Assembly (NCBI GenBank): GCA_964483415.1
Contig: CAZAAR010000002.1
Coordinates: 1 to 63,186 of the forward strand
Direction of reading: 5' to 3'
Length of the DNA: 63,186 nt
Origin: an uncultured Oscillospiraceae bacterium
Lineage (GTDB): Bacteria > Bacillota > Clostridia > Oscillospirales > Ruminococcaceae
The notes beneath the pieces are model-generated. The model was given only the letters and a program-made list of their open reading frames with translations. It was not told the DNA's origin and did not search any database. The position numbers and the translations under genes are program-made. Within the stretch, counting starts at the first letter, position 1. Every line of letters starts with the position of its first letter. This document shows, in pieces, positions 55,732 through 63,186 of the stretch.

Positions 55732-56949
55732 TTATCCGACCGTAACTGCGGGCAGAGCGTCCCACTTGCCGGATTCGGTGTTGCAGTGCTTGACATAGGC
55801 GGTGTCGCGGATCGCGTCGCCGTTGGTCTGGTCGAGCGCGATATGGCCGGAGACGCCGTCATATTCGGTGGACCAGAGGGCCTGCATGATGGCGGCCGGT
55901 TCGGTGCTCGCGGCGGTCTTCATGGCCTCGAGCGCGAAGAAGTACGCGTCGTAGCCCATGGCCGTGACCGCGGAGACCGTGTCGTCGCCGCCGTTGCTGG
56001 AGAGGCGGACGGAGTCGGCGTTGACCCACTCTTTGAAGCCGGCGTCGAACTCGGCGTTCGCGCCTTCGGGATAGAAGGTGGTGACGGTGACGTCCACATC
56101 CTTGCCCGCGGCGGCCTGAAGGATGACGTTGGAATCCCAGGTGTCGCCCGCGAGGATCGGCATGCCGAGGCCCTGAGACTGCGCCTGGTCGATGATCAGC
56201 TGCGCGGCTTCGGTGGAGACGGGGGAGAAGAAGACTTCGCAGCCGCCGTTCTTGGCGTTGTTGATGTAGGAGGTGAAGTCGGAGTTGCCGTCGGGGAAGG
56301 TATCCTGCACGCAGGTGCCGCCGAGGGCCTCAAACGCCTGAACGAAGTAATTCACAAGGCCGCCGGAGTAGTCGTCGCCGAGCTTGGAGAGGCAGTACGC
56401 CTTGGTGACGCCCAGCTCGCTGAACGCATAGTTGGCGAGGACGGTGCCCTGGAACGGATCGAGGAAGCAGATGCGGAAATAATGCTGGTTGCCCTCGGTG
56501 ACCTGCGGGTTCGTGCAGGTGATGCCGATGCAGGGGATGCCCGCGGCCTCAAAGGTCGGGGAGGCCGCGATGGAGACGCCGGAGCCGTAGGAGCCCAGCA
56601 CCGCGGAGACGCCGGCTGAAACCAGCGTGGACGCGGCGGTGGCGGCCTTCTCGTTGGAGCTCTCGTTGTCAACCTTGACGAGCTGGACGTCGTAAGTGGT
56701 GCCGCCGATCTCGACGGTGGGGCTGACGGAGTTTGCGTACTCCACGCCCAGGGTTTCCTGCTTGCCGCCGGCTCCGTTATCGCCGGAGGCGGGCTCAAAG
56801 ATGCCGATTTTTACGACGGGGTTGCCGGATTCAGGCTGCTCGGCGACGGAAGAGCCGGATTCGCCGGGCACGTTGTTTTCCGGGGTCCCGCAGGCGCCGA
56901 GAGACAGTACGAGGATCAGCGCCAGAAACATAGCCGCGAATTTTTTCAT
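55732..56949 (-). CDS. livJ: branched-chain amino acid ABC transporter substrate-binding lipoprotein
   Basis: 405 aa. Lipobox LVLSLGAC. Type-1 periplasmic-binding-fold pattern. Heads the liv operon. Confidence 0.85.
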   Translation of the reverse strand: MKKFAAMFLALILVLSLGACGTPENNVPGESGSSVAEQPESGNPVVKIGIFEPASGDNGAGGKQETLGVEYANSVSPTVEIGGTTYDVQLVKVDNESSNEKAATAASTLVSAGVSAVLGSYGSGVSIAASPTFEAAGIPCIGITCTNPQVTEGNQHYFRICFLDPFQGTVLANYAFSELGVTKAYCLSKLGDDYSGGLVNYFVQAFEALGGTCVQDTFPDGNSDFTSYINNAKNGGCEVFFSPVSTEAAQLIIDQAQSQGLGMPILAGDTWDSNVILQAAAGKDVDVTVTTFYPEGANAEFDAGFKEWVNADSVRLSSNGGDDTVSAVTAMGYDAYFFALEAMKTAASTEPAAIMQALWSTEYDGVSGHIALDQTNGDAIRDTAYVKHCNTESGKWDALPAVTVG

Positions 56950-57031
56950 TGAAGATTTTCCTCCCTATAAATGATCAAACACCGGAAGTGTCCGCGTAAG
57001 GCGGACAGATGTATTCCGATATCTATGGATG

Positions 57032-57060
57032 ATTATAATCTAAATTCGAATCAAATGCAA
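57032..57060 (-). promoter_or_regulatory. sigma-A-type promoter for the liv operon
   Basis: The minus strand reads TTGCAT, 17 nt spacer, TATAAT. It lies about 80 nt upstream of the livJ ATG. Confidence 0.6.
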
Positions 57061-57488
57061 CACTAATAATTTACAAAAAACAGATCTCTTTTCGCGTTCT
57101 TTTTTAGAGGCGTGGAAAGCGGGATTTTCGCGCCGCGGCGCGCGGGCGTATATTCTTACGGAAAAAGGGCGCGGCCCACCGGAATCCGCCCGGGGGTTCG
57201 GTTTCGGGCGGGCGTCTTTGCGGCCGGGCGATCCCTCCTTTCGGGGTAAAAAACGGGGCCGCCGCCGGGGGACGGCCCAGCGGACGGGGGAACATCGGGC
57301 GCGGGCGGGAAGGCCGTAAAGATAGTATATGAGAAACCGGGCAAAAATTATCAGGCCCTCCGCAGGGAGGGAGTTTTGCGCGCGGCGGGGACGGGGCGGC
57401 GCGCCGGTTCGCGGCTTCATGCGGAAGAGCGTGCCGAAATTCCACGCGCGTCCGGAGCGGAGTCAAAAGGTTCGTCCCCGGGGGCGGC

Positions 57489-57528
57489 AAAATAAAAGGC
57501 GTCCGGAAACGGTCTGTTTCCGGACGCC
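57489..57528 (-). terminator. intrinsic terminator of the ATP synthase operon
   Basis: Minus strand GGCGTCCGGAAAC-AGACC-GTTTCCGGACGCC followed by TTTTATTTT, about 145 nt after the atpC stop. Confidence 0.8.
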
Positions 57529-57671
57529 TCGTCCAGACGGCATGGCGGCCGCGAAGCCGCCGTGCCGGTATGTCATTGGCCGGCCCGCGGCGGCCCGCCG
57601 GCAAAGGCGGGGAACCGCGTGAAATTGGGGGTTTGGGGAATCGCCTTTTTCCGTCCGGATGCGCTTTCCCG

Positions 57672-58109
57672 CTATATCTCGTCGTCCTGCACGTAGGCGC
57701 TGACCTCGATGCGCACCAGCGCGCGGCGCAGGAGCACCTGGAAGCTCTCCATCTCGGCGTCGCTTTCCCGCTCCTTGCGTTCCTCCAAAAAGCGCCGCAT
57801 CTGCTCCTGATCGCGCTTGGCCCGGGCCCGGTCGATCTCCTCGGGGCGCTGGGCGATGCTGGTCAGCAGCTTGACCGTGTCGTTTTCGACCGTGGCGACG
57901 CCGCCGAAAATGGCGATCTTCTCCTCGGCCGCGCCCGGCTCGCCGAGGATGCGCAGAATGCCGTCGCCCATGACCACCGAGGTGGTCTCATGCCCGGGCA
58001 GGATGCCCATGTCGCCGTCCACGCAGCGAAAGATGAGCATCCGGGCGCTGCGGTCGAATTTGACGCCGCGCGGCGTGATGATTTGCAGGCGGATCGCTTT
58101 TTTATCCAT
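57672..58109 (-). CDS. atpC: F1 ATP synthase epsilon subunit
   Basis: 145 aa. LQIITPRG...DGDMGILPGHETT pattern. Position after atpD. Confidence 0.9.
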   Translation of the reverse strand: MDKKAIRLQIITPRGVKFDRSARMLIFRCVDGDMGILPGHETTSVVMGDGILRILGEPGAAEEKIAIFGGVATVENDTVKLLTSIAQRPEEIDRARAKRDQEQMRRFLEERKERESDAEMESFQVLLRRALVRIEVSAYVQDDEI

Positions 58110-58112
58110 GGA

Positions 58113-59516
<1,404 letters not shown>

Positions 59517-60365
59517 TTATTCCTGTATGTTCGCGCCGCCGACGATCTCGCTGAGTTCCTGGGTGATGGCGGTCTGGCGCTTGCGGTTGTACATGCGCTT
59601 GAGCTTGTCGATCGCCTCGGAGGCGTTCTTGCCGGCCGAATCCATGTTGAGCATCCGGGCGGCGTATTCGCAGGCCGTCGCCTCGGCCGACGCGGCAAAG
59701 AAGCAGGTGTGCAGATAGAGCGGGACGAAGTGGTCGATAAAGGTATGCGCGTCAGGCTCATACTTCATCCGGCATCCCCCGGCCGCGCCGCCCCGGTCGA
59801 TCGGGAGCGGAAGCACCCGTTCGACCCGCGGCAGGTGGCTCAGCGTCGATTCAAAGTAGGTGTAGACCACATAGACCTCGTCGGCCTCGCCGGAGAGGTA
59901 GAGCGAGGAAGCAAGCTCCCCCAGCCGGCCGGCCGTCTGGTAGATCTGCGCCTCCGGGATGTCGGTGATCCGGTAGAGGATGTTTTTTTGGAACCGCCGG
60001 AAATATTCCCAGCCCTTGGCCCCGACCGCGACGATCTTTTCGTTTTTGCCCTGCTCCATGTGCGAAAGCGCCGCCTGCGCCACGTCCGTGTTATAGCCTC
60101 CGCAAAGGCCCTTGTTGCTGGTGATCACGATATACGCGGTGCTTTTGACCTTCCGTGGGGCGGCAAACGCGTGCGCCGCCGCCTCCTCGCAGCGGCTGAG
60201 ATCCTCGATCCGCCGCCGCATCTCCCCATAAAGGGGGCGGATGCCGTAGAGCCGCGCCCTCGCTTTGTGCAGCTTGGTGCTCGCGACCATATCCATCGCG
60301 CGGATGATCTGCTGGGTGGTGCTCACGTTGGAGATCCGTTGTTTAATATCTTTCATCGAAGGCAT
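59517..60365 (-). CDS. atpG: F1 ATP synthase gamma subunit
   Basis: 282 aa. MPSMKDIKQRISNVSTTQQIIRAMDMVASTKL and C-terminal NRKRQTAITQELSEIVGGA. Confidence 0.95.
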   Translation of the reverse strand: MPSMKDIKQRISNVSTTQQIIRAMDMVASTKLHKARARLYGIRPLYGEMRRRIEDLSRCEEAAAHAFAAPRKVKSTAYIVITSNKGLCGGYNTDVAQAALSHMEQGKNEKIVAVGAKGWEYFRRFQKNILYRITDIPEAQIYQTAGRLGELASSLYLSGEADEVYVVYTYFESTLSHLPRVERVLPLPIDRGGAAGGCRMKYEPDAHTFIDHFVPLYLHTCFFAASAEATACEYAARMLNMDSAGKNASEAIDKLKRMYNRKRQTAITQELSEIVGGANIQE

Positions 60366-60377
60366 CCAAACACCTCC

Positions 60378-61889
60378 TTAGCGGTAGGGATGAAGCTGTT
60401 TAAACTCTTGGATCGCCTCTTTGATCTGCTCCTCGAGCCGGGGAGAGACGTCTCCCGTCCGCCGGATCTCCTCCGCGATCGGTTTCTTTTGTTCGTCGAT
60501 AAACTTCAAGAAGTCCCTTTGGAACTCGTTCACGCGGCCGATCTCCACGTCCGGAAGATATCTGTGGATCAGCACATATAGGATCAGCACCTGCATCTCC
60601 ACCGGCATCGGCCGGTGTTTGGGCTGCTTGAGGATCTCCATGATGCGCTCGCCCTGCCGCAGCCGCTCGGTGGTGTCGTGGCTCAGGTCCGAGCCGAATT
60701 GGGCGAAGGCGGCGAGGTCGCGGTACTGGGCGAACTCGATACGCAGCGATCCGGCGATGGTCTTCATCGCCTTGATCTGGGCGGCGCCGCCCACGCGCGA
60801 GACCGAAAAGCCCGGGTTGATGGCGGGGCGCACCCCGTCGTTAAACAGCTCGGATTCCAGATAGATCTGCCCGTCGGTGATGGAGATGACGTTGGTGGGG
60901 ATATAAGCCGAGATATCCCCCTCCTGCGTCTCGATGACGGGCAGCGCCGTCAGGGAGCCGCCGCCGTACGCTTCGCTCATGCAGGCCGCCCGTTCCAGCA
61001 GCCGGGAGTGGAGATAGAAGATGTCGCCGGGGTAAGCCTCCCGGCCCGGCGGGCGGCGCAGCAGCAGGCTCAGCGCGCGGTAGGCGACGGCGTGCTTGGA
61101 CAGGTCGTCATAGACCACCAGCACGTCCTTGCCCTGCGACATCCACTCCTCGCCGATGGCGCAGCCGGCATAGGGCGCGACATATTGCAGCGGGGCGGGT
61201 TCGCTCGCGGTCGAAACCACCACGGTGGAGTACTCCATGGCCCCCGTCTTGGTGAGAATGTCGATGATATGCGCCACCGTGGACGCCTTTTGCCCGATGG
61301 CGACATAGATGCACCGCACACCCTTGTCCTTCTGGTTGATGATGGTGTCGACGCAGATGGTGGTCTTTCCGGTCTGGCGGTCGCCGATAATCAGCTCGCG
61401 CTGTCCGCGGCCGATGGGCACCATGGCGTCGATGGCCTTGATGCCGGTTTGCAGCGGTACGCCGACCTCCTTGCGCATGATGACGCCGGGCGCCTGACTC
61501 TCGATGCTGCGGTAGCCCGAGGCGATAATCTCGCCCTTGTTGTCGATCGGGTTGCCCAGCGCGTCGACCACGCGCCCCAGCATGGCGTCGCCCACCGGGA
61601 CCTCGGCCATTTTGCCGGTCAGCTTGACCGGATCGCCCGCCTTGATGCTGACGTCGGGCCCCATCAAAACGGCGCCGATGCTGTCGCTGTCCAAGTTGAG
61701 GGCGATGCCGTAAATGCCGCCGGGAAACTCGAGCAGCTCGCCGCTCATGGCGTTGGGCAGCCCGTATATGCGGGCGATGCCGTCGCCGACCTGAATGACG
61801 GTGCCCACCTCCGCGACGTCCGGCGCGGAGGAAAAGGCCCGCACCCGTTCCTTGATGACCATGCTGATTTCGTCGGGTTTTATAATCAT
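60378..61889 (-). CDS. atpA: F1 ATP synthase alpha subunit
   Basis: 503 aa. GDRQTGKTT (Walker A), [29 protein letters not shown]. Confidence 0.97.
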   Translation of the reverse strand: MIIKPDEISMVIKERVRAFSSAPDVAEVGTVIQVGDGIARIYGLPNAMSGELLEFPGGIYGIALNLDSDSIGAVLMGPDVSIKAGDPVKLTGKMAEVPVGDAMLGRVVDALGNPIDNKGEIIASGYRSIESQAPGVIMRKEVGVPLQTGIKAIDAMVPIGRGQRELIIGDRQTGKTTICVDTIINQKDKGVRCIYVAIGQKASTVAHIIDILTKTGAMEYSTVVVSTASEPAPLQYVAPYAGCAIGEEWMSQGKDVLVVYDDLSKHAVAYRALSLLLRRPPGREAYPGDIFYLHSRLLERAACMSEAYGGGSLTALPVIETQEGDISAYIPTNVISITDGQIYLESELFNDGVRPAINPGFSVSRVGGAAQIKAMKTIAGSLRIEFAQYRDLAAFAQFGSDLSHDTTERLRQGERIMEILKQPKHRPMPVEMQVLILYVLIHRYLPDVEIGRVNEFQRDFLKFIDEQKKPIAEEIRRTGDVSPRLEEQIKEAIQEFKQLHPYR

Positions 61890-61893
61890 TCGG

Positions 61894-62424
61894 TCACCCT
61901 CTTTTTAAACTTTCTTTCAGATTTTGCAGATGGGTCCGCACCGTCTGATCGATCAGGCGGCCGTCGAGATGGATATAAAACCCGCCGATCAGCGCGGGGT
62001 CCTCGCGGGCGAGGATCTCGATCCGCTTGCCCGTTTTGCGGGACAGCAGCGCGCTCAGGGCGTCGATCTGTTCCGGACGGAGCGCCGCGGCCGACACGAC
62101 GTAGGCCACGGCCCTGCCGCGGTAGCTTTCCCCCATCTCGATATAGGCCGAAAGCGTCGGGAGGATCGTCGCCTCGCGGCCTTTTTCGATCGAAAGGCGC
62201 AAAAAGCCCATCAGGTCGTCCCCGATCTGATCGCCGAAGCGCGCCTCGAGCAGCTCGCGCTTGGTCTCGTCGGGGATGTGCGGGTTCTCCAGCAGGCCGG
62301 CCAGTTGTTCCCTTTCCAGCCGGGCGCGCAAAAGGATGGCCTGCGCCAAATGCTCCTCCAGCGCGTCGGCCTCAAGCGACATTTCAAAGAGCACGGAGGC
62401 GTAACGGTCCATCAGCTCGGCCAT
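61894..62424 (-). CDS. atpH: F1 ATP synthase delta (OSCP) subunit
   Basis: 176 aa. Position between atpF and atpA. C-terminal [21 protein letters not shown] is an OSCP pattern. Confidence 0.85.
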   Translation of the reverse strand: MAELMDRYASVLFEMSLEADALEEHLAQAILLRARLEREQLAGLLENPHIPDETKRELLEARFGDQIGDDLMGFLRLSIEKGREATILPTLSAYIEMGESYRGRAVAYVVSAAALRPEQIDALSALLSRKTGKRIEILAREDPALIGGFYIHLDGRLIDQTVRTHLQNLKESLKRG

Positions 62425-62972
62425 GGGGTTTCCTCCAGCTCGGTCATGGCCTCCTCAAACAGCCGCTGATGCGTATCGCTGTCGACGGTGCTTTTGATCA
62501 GCTTTTCGGTCATCAGCGAGGAGACCTCGACGATGTGCTGCCAAGCTTCCAGCTTGAAGCGCTCTTCTTCAGCCAGAACGCGCTCCTCGGCGCGCCGGCT
62601 GACGGCCGCGGCCTCGAGCCGGGCCTCGTCGAGCATCTGCCGGCTCCGATCGGCGGCCTCGGACCGGGCCGATTCCAGCACCCCGGCGCGCTCGGACGCG
62701 ATCTCGTTCAGTTTGGTCTCATATTCGGCTTTCAGCGCCTCGGCCTTGGCCATTTTATGCTGCGCGTCCTCGAGTTGGCCGCGGATCCTCTCGGTGCGGC
62801 CGCGCAGATATTTTTGTACCGGCTTATATAAAATCAAGCCCAGAGCCGCCGCCAGAATCATAAAGTTGAATAACTGAATAAGCGCGCTGATCAGCGTCTG
62901 CTGGTCCAGCGCGAACAGGCGGCCGTCGGGTACGGCGTCTTGTACAAAAGTAAGCGTCACTCGATCAATCAA
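62412..62972 (-). CDS. atpF: Fo ATP synthase subunit b
   Basis: 186 aa. One N-terminal TM helix, then a long charged coiled coil (KYLRGRTERIRGQLEDAQHKMAKAEALKAEYE). Confidence 0.85.
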   Translation of the reverse strand: MIDRVTLTFVQDAVPDGRLFALDQQTLISALIQLFNFMILAAALGLILYKPVQKYLRGRTERIRGQLEDAQHKMAKAEALKAEYETKLNEIASERAGVLESARSEAADRSRQMLDEARLEAAAVSRRAEERVLAEEERFKLEAWQHIVEVSSLMTEKLIKSTVDSDTHQRLFEEAMTELEETPWPS

Positions 62973-63036
62973 AAGGCCTCTCCTCCATCCGTAACCTTAT
63001 CTGCCATGTCCGCTCCCCTCGCGGCCGGTTCCCGTC

Positions 63037-63186
63037 TCAGCCGCCCATATGCTGCAAATAGATCTCGACCAACGGGTTCGCGAACAGCATGATGATGGCG
63101 ATCAGCAGGCCGTAGATGCCCGAAGTTTCGGCCATGGCAAGGCCGATGAACATGGTGCTGCGGATGTCGCCCGAGGCTTCGGGCTG
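63037..63186 (-). CDS. atpE: Fo ATP synthase subunit c (C-terminal part; 5' end beyond the window)
   Basis: Manual translation gives ...[39 protein letters not shown]...; the ion-binding Glu lies in the AMAE(T/S) context typical of c-subunits. Confidence 0.85.
   Translation of the reverse strand, partial: QPEASGDIRSTMFIGLAMAETSGIYGLLIAIIMLFANPLVEIYLQHMGG

Noticed and set aside
57040-57622. Several 60-170-aa ORFs on both strands in the liv/atp intergenic gap
   Set aside because: All are Arg/Pro/Gly-rich with no RBS. The region is better explained by the liv promoter and leader, the atp terminator, and GC-rich spacer containing the dispersed G-rich 18-mer.

Overview
This is a high-GC Firmicutes/Clostridia-type chromosomal segment. 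I infer a spore-forming Oscillospiraceae/Ruminococcaceae-like organism from gene content and order: tepA-ylzJ next to ftsK/spoIIIE, yqeG...yhbY-nadD-yqeK-rsfS-leuS, and an FMN riboswitch with ribU. About 57 protein genes, one tRNA-Leu and one clear FMN riboswitch are supported. Because of the GC content, most long ORFs in the supplied track that lie opposite a real gene are antisense artefacts. They were discarded on the basis of recognisable homologues, RBS placement and Arg/Gly/Pro-rich nonsense composition. Core blocks: gdpP, rnj, rnhA, nifS-nifU-dfx (1-7.7 kb); ribU, efp, pepP, yqeG, rpsU, leuS, rsfS, yqeK, nadD, yhbY, rdgB, ftsY, ftsK, uppP, ylzJ, tepA, rsmA (13-32 kb); livFGMHJ and the F1Fo ATP synthase operon (52-63 kb). 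Accessory/cell-surface blocks: a tandem pair of very large paralogous type-I membrane surface proteins (8-12.4 kb), and a 35.6-51.2 kb region holding the most unusual content. My best candidate for an undescribed system is a four-gene, translationally coupled Rnf-like module (RnfC'-D'-E'-A'). It has no RnfG or RnfB, and most of its flavin, NADH and membrane Fe-ligand motifs are replaced. It is followed by a membrane-anchored glycoside-hydrolase-like protein and preceded, upstream of rpe, by a 4 x ~100-bp tandem array of a three-hairpin element. Also notable: a candidate cobalamin-type riboswitch in front of a sortase-anchored cohesin-like protein; two SrtB-type sortases with two different non-LPXTG sorting signals (IPNTG, NPPTG); an adhesin locus with a divergent orphan HTH regulator, operator-like inverted repeats and a leader terminator; and an RNase J with a 225-aa AT-hook/octapeptide-repeat N-terminal extension. 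All calls come from reading the sequence. No database search was run.
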